Below are positions 10,879-18,381 of a stretch of 32,000 nucleotides of DNA, in pieces. Both the position numbers and the translations under genes were made by a program. How positions within the stretch are numbered: position 1 is the first letter of the stretch; each line of letters begins with the position of its first letter. The stretch is from Candidatus Electrothrix sp. GW3-4 (GTDB lineage: Bacteria; Desulfobacterota; Desulfobulbia; Desulfobulbales; Desulfobulbaceae): the NCBI RefSeq assembly GCF_037902255.1, contig NZ_CP147990.1, positions 3,750,001-3,782,000 of the forward strand, given 5' to 3'. The notes under the pieces are model-generated. The model searched no databases. It had not been told where the DNA came from and was given only the letters and a program-made list of their open reading frames with translations.

Positions 10879-11331
10879 TTATACTAAAAATCTGAATCCG
10901 GCATTATCCAGGTCTGTTAATGCGGCTTCAAAACTTTCTATCATATTTTTCCCCCAAGCTTTCTTCAATACGGCCACAGTCCCGACAACTGACAACCCGA
11001 GTTCTTCCGCCGTCTGACGCGCCTTCAGATCGTCAAAAATCAAAAAATCCGCTTTACATTCTTCGGCCAGAATTATAGCCTCCGATTCACCGGGACCGAG
11101 GCTCATTCTTAATGCTTTAACCGCCAGCCTATTCTTGGCCTTTCGCCGTTCAATCCAGTCGGAGTTTTTTACCTCCTCCGCACCCGGCCTTCCTTTTCCT
11201 TTGATCACCACTTCGTGATAAACCGCTTCAGGAATCAGGATATTTTTAAAAATCTTCTCAAGAATAAACAGCTTATCAATCTTGCACAATCCGATAAGGC
11301 AGGATGAATCGGCAATGACTATTTTAGACAT
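10879..11331 (-). CDS. PIN-like (DUF3368-type) putative toxin
   Basis: 150 aa. The N-terminal IVIADSSCLIGL is typical of PIN-like nucleic-acid-binding proteins. Overlaps the upstream UPF0175-like gene by 8 nt, the classic pairing. Confidence 0.7.
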   Translation of the reverse strand: MSKIVIADSSCLIGLCKIDKLFILEKIFKNILIPEAVYHEVVIKGKGRPGAEEVKNSDWIERRKAKNRLAVKALRMSLGPGESEAIILAEECKADFLIFDDLKARQTAEELGLSVVGTVAVLKKAWGKNMIESFEAALTDLDNAGFRFLV

Positions 11332-11587
11332 CTGCCAATTTCCCCATATCGTTCTCCAGATCTTCTTTACTGTAATGAATAGGGGTCTTAACGGTTTTAT
11401 TCATTTCGAAAAAATCCCACTGACTCATTCCGCCTATTTCACAGGCTTTGCTTAATGAAATTTTTTTGTGCTCATAAAGGAATATCGCAACCATCTGTTT
11501 TACATCCCGACTTATATTGTCCAGATCCAACCCTGTCTGGGCAAGCACCATTTTCGGCAGTTCAAACTGTATATTCAAAGTGCTCAT
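11324..11587 (-). CDS. UPF0175-family putative antitoxin
   Basis: 87-aa ORF, translationally coupled to the PIN-like gene. Sequence style (AIFLYEHKKISLSKACEIGGMS) matches the UPF0175 HTH-like family as I recall it. Confidence 0.65.
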   Translation of the reverse strand: MSTLNIQFELPKMVLAQTGLDLDNISRDVKQMVAIFLYEHKKISLSKACEIGGMSQWDFFEMNKTVKTPIHYSKEDLENDMGKLADV

Positions 11588-11675
11588 CTTATTCCCACCT
11601 TTTTCCGAACAAAGAAGATTTAACGAAATGTCACCATTCAGGATATGGCAGCATACTTTTCAGGGGCGCAGAAAT

Positions 11676-11705
11676 ATTGTAACCGATATTTGCCGGGTTT
11701 GGCAA
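11676..11705 (-). promoter_or_regulatory. Candidate sigma70 promoter of the PIN/UPF0175 operon
   Basis: Minus strand reads TTGCCA-N18-TACAAT, about 90 nt upstream of the ATG at 11587. Confidence 0.45.
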
Positions 11706-11740
11706 CTGTGGAGGAGGAGGGGCTGAAAGGATTGCGGGGT

Positions 11741-11817
11741 GCCGTAGGGGCGACCGGCGGGTCGCCCGTTTTCAGCCGGGAGTGGTACGAGGGCAGACAC
11801 ATAGGTCTTGCCCCTAC
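11741..11817. repeat. REP-like hairpin pair forming the trailer of array 1
   Basis: Contains ggggcgaccggcgggtcgccc (11747-11767) and gggcagacacataggtcttgccc (11791-11813). Homologous to 10681-10769. Confidence 0.6.
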
Positions 11818-14800
11818 ACCATAATACCCTCTTCATAGGGTAGGTGTTCCGACCGCCAGCTTACAAAAAAGCAGCCAAACAAGGTCAGTCTTAATACCCT
11901 CTTCATAGGGTAGGTGTTCCGACGCGACAGTGGTCGTAAATCGAGGCGATTCCAGCCGTCTTAATACCCTCTTCATAGGGTAGGTGTTCCGACCTGTCCA
12001 CTCGGAGATAATGATTATAATCAGATGTCTTAATACCCTCTTCATAGGGTAGGTGTTCCGACGGCAACAACAACACGGCAGTAATGCAGAGAAAAATGTC
12101 TTAATACCCTCTTCATAGGGTAGGTGTTCCGACTGGTTTCTTCGTCGGCACTGCCCATGCAACGATGTCTTAATACCCTCTTCATAGGGTAGGTGTTCCG
12201 ACAAACCAGCAACCTTGTTCAGACGAAAATGTCGGTCTTAATACCCTCTTCATAGGGTAGGTGTTCCGACAAATGATAACGCTCGAGCGAGCGCGGATCT
12301 GCGTCTTAATACCCTCTTCATAGGGTAGGTGTTCCGACGGAGATGTTGCCAGAATATACAGAGATCAACGTCTTAATACCCTCTTCATAGGGTAGGTGTT
12401 CCGACGGGACTACGATCTACTATCTCAACAAAATCAGATCGTCTTAATACCCTCTTCATAGGGTAGGTGTTCCGACACCAGTCGCAATTGGAACGATTTA
12501 CAAAGAAGGTCTTAATACCCTCTTCATAGGGTAGGTGTTCCGACAAAAGGCGAGACTTACATGTGGACAAAGGCTGATGCGTCTTAATACCCTCTTCATA
12601 GGGTAGGTGTTCCGACAAAGCGGTTTTTTCTCCCCAAAGGCGTAGTTAAGCCTGTCTTAATACCCTCTTCATAGGGTAGGTGTTCCGACATGAAGCAGTA
12701 TCTCAACAACAGACACAAGCTCAGATTGTCTTAATACCCTCTTCATAGGGTAGGTGTTCCGACTGAAAAGTGGGTATAACACAAAGTGGGCTAAGTCTTA
12801 ATACCCTCTTCATAGGGTAGGTGTTCCGACGGCTGGCCTTGTTGGGATTCATTTTTTACCTAGGTCTTAATACCCTCTTCATAGGGTAGGTGTTCCGACG
12901 TCGTGGCAGCTCCAACCGGTCGTCGAACCAGCCGTCGTCTTAATACCCTCTTCATAGGGTAGGTGTTCCGACTATTGGTATGGTGCTTATAATAGCTTTG
13001 TTACCACTGTGTCTTAATACCCTCTTCATAGGGTAGGTGTTCCGACTCGGGCAATTGTGAAATAATATTTCTTCTAGCTGTCTTAATACCCTCTTCATAG
13101 GGTAGGTGTTCCGACTATAAGAAAAACATCCAAGAGAAGGGGTTTCAAAGTCTTAATACCCTCTTCATAGGGTAGGTGTTCCGACTATTTGAAGTTGGTT
13201 GATGAAGGTGGACAAGATGAGTCTTAATACCCTCTTCATAGGGTAGGTGTTCCGACACAAATGGATGCCTAAATCAAACCACAAACTTTGTCTTAATACC
13301 CTCTTCATAGGGTAGGTGTTCCGACTCAAATAAAAAAGATGGCGACCCCGTAAAAATGTCTTAATACCCTCTTCATAGGGTAGGTGTTCCGACACCATTT
13401 CTTATTCAGAAAATGGGATTTGGAAGTTGGTCTTAATACCCTCTTCATAGGGTAGGTGTTCCGACTATTATGAGCTACGTATTAGTTCATATAATTATGT
13501 CTTAATACCCTCTTCATAGGGTAGGTGTTCCGACCCAGCTTGCGATGCCAGGTGCCAAGCTGCCAGATGGTCTTAATACCCTCTTCATAGGGTAGGTGTT
13601 CCGACCTAGGACTTGACTTGTCGATTCATCATTTCATCAATGAGTCTTAATACCCTCTTCATAGGGTAGGTGTTCCGACGGCGGAGACTGTGATGAAGTC
13701 CCCACTGGGGACGCGTCTTAATACCCTCTTCATAGGGTAGGTGTTCCGACCATTATGGCTACGGAAGCCGATCAAGCAGTTGGTCTTAATACCCTCTTCA
13801 TAGGGTAGGTGTTCCGACATACTCCATCCTGTTCCAATGGGAATTGCCTTAGGTCTTAATACCCTCTTCATAGGGTAGGTGTTCCGACATTACTCCCTCT
13901 TGCTTCTGCACAGGCTCAATGTCCGTCTTAATACCCTCTTCATAGGGTAGGTGTTCCGACGTCATACTGCCGTCAGAATAGACCCAGTAGGCAACTGTCT
14001 TAATACCCTCTTCATAGGGTAGGTGTTCCGACAGAACGTTACGCTAACATGGCAGTAGAACTTGTCTTAATACCCTCTTCATAGGGTAGGTGTTCCGACT
14101 ATGCTGTATTTTCTGGGCTTATCAACCGAAAAGTCTTAATACCCTCTTCATAGGGTAGGTGTTCCGACGTCGGAAATTTTTGGATGTCAAAACACATCCA
14201 GTCAGTCTTAATACCCTCTTCATAGGGTAGGTGTTCCGACAAATTCAACAAATCAGGGGGGATATTATGACTTTGTCTTAATACCCTCTTCATAGGGTAG
14301 GTGTTCCGACTATCTACCGACATCCTAGTGATGGTATGAGGATTGTCTTAATACCCTCTTCATAGGGTAGGTGTTCCGACACAGAAAAACAATTAAAAAA
14401 GTGTGCGGTTGCAATACGTCTTAATACCCTCTTCATAGGGTAGGTGTTCCGACCGGTAACTATTTGAGAAAATCCGTTTATAATTACGTCTTAATACCCT
14501 CTTCATAGGGTAGGTGTTCCGACCTCTCGACGTGTTGTCGGGATGCAGACATTTCGTCTTAATACCCTCTTCATAGGGTAGGTGTTCCGACGCCGTTGGT
14601 GGTAAAAACAACTTCAGGACAGTTTGTCTTAATACCCTCTTCATAGGGTAGGTGTTCCGACTATCAAGAACGGTCCCAATTGGGGCAATTTCACAATGTC
14701 TTAATACCCTCTTCATAGGGTAGGTGTTCCGACTACTGGCTTTTGTCATGTATTCCCAACTCCCAAGTCTTAATACCCTCTTCATAGGGTAGGTGTTCCG

Positions 14801-14941
14801 ACGGCAATGCTCTTGCCCAACAACAGCGACAACAGGTCTTAATACCCTCTTCATAGGGTAGGTGTTCCGACAATACTGAAGAGGGTGATGTGAGTATTAA
14901 TATTTGTCTTAATACCCTCTTCATAGGGTAGGTGTTCCGAC
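11818..14941 (-). CRISPR. CRISPR array 1: 45 repeats of 36 bp, 44 spacers
   Basis: - **Repeats:** hand count of gtcttaataccctcttcatagggtaggtgttccgac on the plus strand. The low-coordinate terminal repeat is degenerate (accataa in place of gtcttaa).
- **Spacers:** 31-38 nt, all different within this array.
- **Why minus strand:** the conserved AT-rich leader is at the high-coordinate end and repeat decay is at the low end.
- **Repeat structure:** on the minus strand the repeat is GTCGGAACACC-TACCCT-ATGAAG-AGGGTA-TTAAGAC. That is a hairpin followed by ATTAAGAC, resembling the ATTGAAAS 8-nt crRNA handle. Confidence 0.97.
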
Positions 14942-15235
14942 AGCGGCCTTGCTTTAAACAATACTGAATTCAGTAAATTAAGCAAGTAAAAAAACGACAT
15001 GGAATCGGGTTTTGAAAGTTGTGAAAATTGAACCGGCATTACAACCGCCGATACAGGAAAATGCACGACATCGTGACTCTTTTGTCATGATCGGTATTAA
15101 AATTTGAATTTTAAGCCATTTTCTAAAACTTTTCATCGGTAAATTCAGGGTAGTAGATACTGATTTTTAATCATGACGAATAATGACAAAGAGAAAAAAT
15201 AGCCTGAAAAAATTCCATGTCCGACCGTTTTTCCC
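14942..15235 (-). promoter_or_regulatory. Leader of array 1 (294 bp)
   Basis: AT-rich and 288/294 identical to 28580-28873. On the minus strand there is a candidate promoter, TTGCTT-N16-TATTGT, ending ~20 nt before the first repeat. A perfect 14-bp palindrome, TACTGAATTCAGTA (14962-14975), lies between the two boxes. Confidence 0.75.
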
Positions 15236-15242
15236 CTTCCTC

Positions 15243-15581
15243 TCAGTATGCACAAACCACCTGCTCTATCATTTCCGCCAACCATTGATTCACGGTTTTT
15301 CCGCTCGCAAAGGCCCGAGCAACAACCTCGGCGTGCAGGCCGGGGTGAATCTGCACAAGCAATTCGCCTGAATACTCCTTACGCGGCTCAACCCCGTCCT
15401 CCTGACAGCTATCCAAAAAGGTATCCAGGACCTTCTTGCCTTCCCTGAGTAATCCACCGATATCCTGGGAATAAAAAACAACCTTGCTGCTCAGACCAGC
15501 AAACTCACCGCAAAACATTCCGTGTTTCGGATCGTAGCTGATAACCGCCCGATAGCCATCAATATCGACAATATTCATCAT
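15243..15581 (-). CDS. HicB-like antitoxin-fold protein with C-terminal RHH-type DNA-binding tail; no HicA partner
   Basis: 112 aa. The N-terminal DGYRAVISYDPKHGMFCGEF and the C-terminal VQIHPGLHAEVVARAFASGKTVNQWLAEMIEQ resemble HicB-family antitoxins. No small HicA-like ORF is adjacent. Confidence 0.65.
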   Translation of the reverse strand: MMNIVDIDGYRAVISYDPKHGMFCGEFAGLSSKVVFYSQDIGGLLREGKKVLDTFLDSCQEDGVEPRKEYSGELLVQIHPGLHAEVVARAFASGKTVNQWLAEMIEQVVCAY

Positions 15582-15650
15582 GACGAACAGCCTTTACCCG
15601 AGCAGATAAATCATATTTTAACATATCAACCTCACCAGCAAAACAGAAAA

Positions 15651-16484
15651 TCACGCATTGGGCAGCGATTCGCCCAGAAAAATCACCTGTCGACTACTGC
15701 GGACCACCTGCGTTTTTTGGGGATGCAGAGAAAGCCCCAACTCCTCCAGCCGTTCCCCGGCAAAGGCTTCCGCTGCCAGGGCCTTTTTTTTGGTGTCGGC
15801 AAAGAGAAGGAAGTCATCGGCAAAACGGACAAAAGGAATATTTGCCCTCACCAAGGCTGTGTCGAACTGGTGCAGATAGAGATTACAAAACAGGGGCGAG
15901 AGGATGGAGCCCTGACAGACACCGCGACGATTACGGAGCAAACTGCAATGGTGCGCCCCCTGAACAAGCCATTGCTCAATCAGCTTCATGGCAGCACCAT
16001 CCCGGATAAAGCCTTTGAGCACCTTCAGTAACTGTTTATGGGGGATGGAATCAAAAAATTTCGTAATATCCGCATCCACCAGCCAGGCCTGACCAATCCG
16101 TATTCGTTCCCTGGTCTTGGCCAGAGCGGCCTGTACACTGCGGCCCGGTCGGTACCCATAAGAATCATTATGAAACAAGGCCTCGGCCTGAGGTTCCAGG
16201 ACCGTAAGCAGAGCTCGCTGCACCAGTTTGTCCCGAAGAAAATGGGCTGAGATGATCCGTTGCCCACCATCGGGCTTTGCCATAGGAAACTGGCGCAGGG
16301 GCAACGGCCTATAGGTACCGGCCAGGATATGTTCCCGGCATTCGAGAGTATGGCGGAGCAGGTGGTGCTGCAGCTCGTCTCGGGAGACACCCGGCGCCCA
16401 GGGCGTGTGTTCCCGCCGCAGGCGGCGCCAGGCTACGTCCAACACCTTCGGCGTCATGGCCTGTTCAAGCAGGGGAGTCGTCAT
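15651..16484 (-). CDS. Stand-alone reverse transcriptase (group II intron-like, fingers-palm only)
   Basis: 277 aa. RT blocks: KPDGGQRIIS (RT1), SYGYRPGRSVQAAL (RT3), LVDADITKFFDSIPH (RT4), GVCQGSILSPLFCNLYL and RFADDFLLF (RT5, YxDD as FADD), LSLHPQKTQVV (RT6/7). It ends ~55 aa after FADD, so no thumb/X domain. The ATG at 16484 overlaps the cas1 stop by 20 nt; an alternative ATG is at 16457. Confidence 0.88.
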   Translation of the reverse strand: MTTPLLEQAMTPKVLDVAWRRLRREHTPWAPGVSRDELQHHLLRHTLECREHILAGTYRPLPLRQFPMAKPDGGQRIISAHFLRDKLVQRALLTVLEPQAEALFHNDSYGYRPGRSVQAALAKTRERIRIGQAWLVDADITKFFDSIPHKQLLKVLKGFIRDGAAMKLIEQWLVQGAHHCSLLRNRRGVCQGSILSPLFCNLYLHQFDTALVRANIPFVRFADDFLLFADTKKKALAAEAFAGERLEELGLSLHPQKTQVVRSSRQVIFLGESLPNA

Positions 16485-17496
16485 AGTTCAGCCCTCTCTT
16501 TTCTCCTTGTTGCTTCATAAAGGCTCCGAACCGGGCCGTCTGCCCGTTGAGCAGTTCTCTGAGCGGAGTTGTACTCAGTTCTTCATCCTCCTCCTCTTCT
16601 CCGCTCTGATCCGGTCTCGGCCATTGTTCGCGATATTCGGCCCAGGCCGTAAAGAAGAGCGGGCGGGTTGTCTTGCTCAGGCGACAGCCCTCATCTTTTC
16701 TGTAATAAAATGGTGCCTTATCCAAGGCCGTGTCATGAAGCCAATTCAGGACAAAATGATCCACCCCGGCACGGAACAGCTCGCTGAAGTCCAGGGCCAG
16801 GGATTCCCGGCCCGGATAATCCTGATGAAGAAAGCCCAGCGAGGGATCAAAACCAGCTCGCAGCACAGCCTGGCGGACCTCGGAAAGGAGCAGGGTATAG
16901 CCGAGGGAGAGCAGGGAGTTGACCGGGTCACGGGGCGGTCTGCGGTTACGACCGGTGAAGCGCAGCTCTTCCGGGAGATATTGCGCCAACAGGGCGAACC
17001 ATGCCTGGGCCACATGCCCCTCGACTCCCAGTAAGGTTTGCAGCGAATCTACAGCATTAACCTGCTCCTGGGCTCTCAGCACTTTATCTGCGAATTGCGC
17101 ACAAGCGGGTGCAGCCTCCGGCCACAGGCCGACAAAAGCATGGAGCGGCAAGACATACCTGCTCATTTTTTCCGAGACAAACCACTTTGCCGTTTCCAGA
17201 CGCGTTGTCGAATCCGCTGCCAGCTGATGTTGCAACCTGCGCAACGGCAAACGTACAGCCAGGCCGCTGCCCAGCACAGCAGCCGGTCTTCTCCGGTCCG
17301 GGAGAATAACAACCGGAACTCCGGCTTCACCTAACACCCGCCATACCGTGGTTTCCACCAGAGGGTTGCCGTAAATCACCACCTGCTCCAAAGGATTCAA
17401 AGGAATCTGCTGGGGCTTTCTCCCCTTCTCTTGCAGCTCCAGTACACCCTCCTTATAGCGCAGGGTGCTTTTTCGACGATCAATAACAAAAATCAT
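16465..17496 (-). CDS. cas1: CRISPR-associated integrase Cas1
   Basis: The ORF is 16465..17856. The start is assigned to the ATG at 17496 (MIFVIDRRKSTLRYKEG), preceded by aggaga. Cas1 motifs: GVEGHVAQAWF, RNRRPPRDPVNSLLSLGYTLL, GFDPSLGFLHQDYPGRESLALDFSELFR. The upstream 120 codons run through REP hairpins. Confidence 0.92.
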   Translation of the reverse strand: MIFVIDRRKSTLRYKEGVLELQEKGRKPQQIPLNPLEQVVIYGNPLVETTVWRVLGEAGVPVVILPDRRRPAAVLGSGLAVRLPLRRLQHQLAADSTTRLETAKWFVSEKMSRYVLPLHAFVGLWPEAAPACAQFADKVLRAQEQVNAVDSLQTLLGVEGHVAQAWFALLAQYLPEELRFTGRNRRPPRDPVNSLLSLGYTLLLSEVRQAVLRAGFDPSLGFLHQDYPGRESLALDFSELFRAGVDHFVLNWLHDTALDKAPFYYRKDEGCRLSKTTRPLFFTAWAEYREQWPRPDQSGEEEEDEELSTTPLRELLNGQTARFGAFMKQQGEKRGLNYDDSPA

Positions 17497-17520
17497 ACAT
17501 GTTCTCCTGTGGTGCTGTAG

Positions 17521-17636
17521 AGGCAGGCCCCTGTTCCTGCCCGAAATATCGAGGTGATCATCAGGGCGAACACAGGGGTTCGCCCCTACGAAACGATAAT
17601 GATTCCGGGTAGGGACACGGCATGCCGTGTCCCTAC
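17521..17636. repeat. Three GC-rich hairpins between the cas2-like gene and cas1
   Basis: The three are ggcagg-N8-cctgcc (17522-17541), gggcgaac-acaggg-gttcgccc (17564-17585), and the perfect 28-nt palindrome gtagggacacggcatgccgtgtccctac (17609-17636), which overlaps the cas2-like stop codon. Confidence 0.7.
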
Positions 17637-18013
17637 GCCCTCTCTTTCCCGCCAAACAGACGACGGAAAAACCGCCCTGCTCTTGATGGCGTTTGTTTCG
17701 GAACAGACCCTCCATACAGACCGTGCAATTTGTCGTTCTGCCTTCCAGCGGTCCAGACAGCACCGGGATAAGGAACAGGATAAAGGCGTACATCGTCTTC
17801 CTTATCATTAACCCGAGCCAGCACCCCAGCCACCACCTCCTCCAAATCGATGACATCGGCTTTCAAGAGAAAGACCGACCTCTGCACAGAAACTCCCCGT
17901 TTCTTGCAGAAATAATGGAGCCTGCGCAGCCTTTTTTCATGCCGAACATCATAGGCAAGCAGGTACCATTGTGCCTCTCCTCGCTTTCCTTTGCTTTGCC
18001 GTGTCGTATCCAT
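17633..18013 (-). CDS. cas2: Second Cas2-like protein (126 aa, C-terminal extension)
   Basis: The pattern WYLLAYDVRHEKRLRRLHYFCKKRGVSVQRSVFLLK ... DDVRLYPVP follows the Cas2 ferredoxin-fold pattern (YD, Q-SVF, D-vR-Y). A ~40-aa basic tail extends beyond the core. Confidence 0.7.
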   Translation of the reverse strand: MDTTRQSKGKRGEAQWYLLAYDVRHEKRLRRLHYFCKKRGVSVQRSVFLLKADVIDLEEVVAGVLARVNDKEDDVRLYPVPYPGAVWTAGRQNDKLHGLYGGSVPKQTPSRAGRFFRRLFGGKERA

Positions 18014-18036
18014 TGTCTTTTTTCATCATATTCGTA

Positions 18037-18070
18037 GGAGCAGGGGCACGGCATGCCGTGCCCCTGCTCC
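18037..18070. repeat. Perfect 34-nt palindrome between the two cas2 genes
   Basis: ggagcaggggcacggcatgccgtgcccctgctcc. Its core GGGGCACGGCATGCCGTGCCCC is shared with the elements at 17609-17636 and 19061-19090. Confidence 0.75.
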
Positions 18071-18094
18071 CCGATTCGTTTCGCCCGCCGCCCC

Positions 18095-18379
18095 CTACCC
18101 CATATACAAAATCGGCACTTTGAAGCCGATACCGCTACACTTGGTCAAACCACGGGCCTTCCTGCTCCCGTCCAAAGGAGCCAGCAGGAGCATATCCTGT
18201 TCCTCATGAAGCAGGTCAGTAAGCTGAAGAAACAGCTCCGACGCCTCAGCCTGGGTCAGCTTGCACTCAAAAACAGAGTACTGGGCCGACAACTTCCATT
18301 TCTTCAAAACCCGGAACAGTTTGCGACGACGTTTATTATCTGTGATATCATAGGCAATCACCATCGCTCTCCGTTTCAT
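18095..18379 (-). CDS. cas2: CRISPR-associated endoribonuclease Cas2
   Basis: 94 aa. MVIAYDITDNKRRRKLFRVLKKWKLSAQYSVFECKL is the canonical Cas2 N-terminus. Confidence 0.85.
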   Translation of the reverse strand: MKRRAMVIAYDITDNKRRRKLFRVLKKWKLSAQYSVFECKLTQAEASELFLQLTDLLHEEQDMLLLAPLDGSRKARGLTKCSGIGFKVPILYMG

Positions 18380-18381
18380 AT

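Noticed and set aside
10515-11017. ORFs 10515..10808 (-) and 10619..11017 (+) spanning the REP cluster and solitary repeat
   Set aside because: They are composed of REP hairpins and the orphan CRISPR repeat, and they overlap the PIN-like gene in antisense. They are not credible genes.
11833-14924. Many minus-strand ORFs in the track with recurring peptides SEHLPYEEGIKT / RNTYPMKRVLR / VGTPTL
   Set aside because: These are the three reading frames of the 36-bp CRISPR repeat translated over and over. The variable parts are spacers, so they are not genes.
14851-15066. ORF starting in the leader (MHFPVSAVVMPVQFSQLSKPDSMSFFYLLNLLNSVLFK...) with a counterpart at 28513..28704
   Set aside because: It reads straight into the first repeat. 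The few differences between the two leader copies are non-synonymous in this frame (SAVVMPV vs STFIMSV) and are better explained by a compensatory stem. Conservation therefore looks nucleotide-level, not protein-level.
15582-15650. Search for a HicA toxin partner of the HicB-like gene
   Set aside because: The gap to the RT gene is only 69 nt, and no small ORF on either side has HicA character. The gene is therefore called an orphan.
17497-17856. 120-codon N-terminal extension of the cas1 ORF (start at 17856)
   Set aside because: The extension runs through three REP-like hairpins and overlaps the cas2-like gene. The ATG at 17496 has an AGGAGA RBS and yields a canonical Cas1 N-terminus. Similar upstream extensions were trimmed for pgm (1350), the membrane protein (20292), higA (21083) and the ParE-like toxin (21665).
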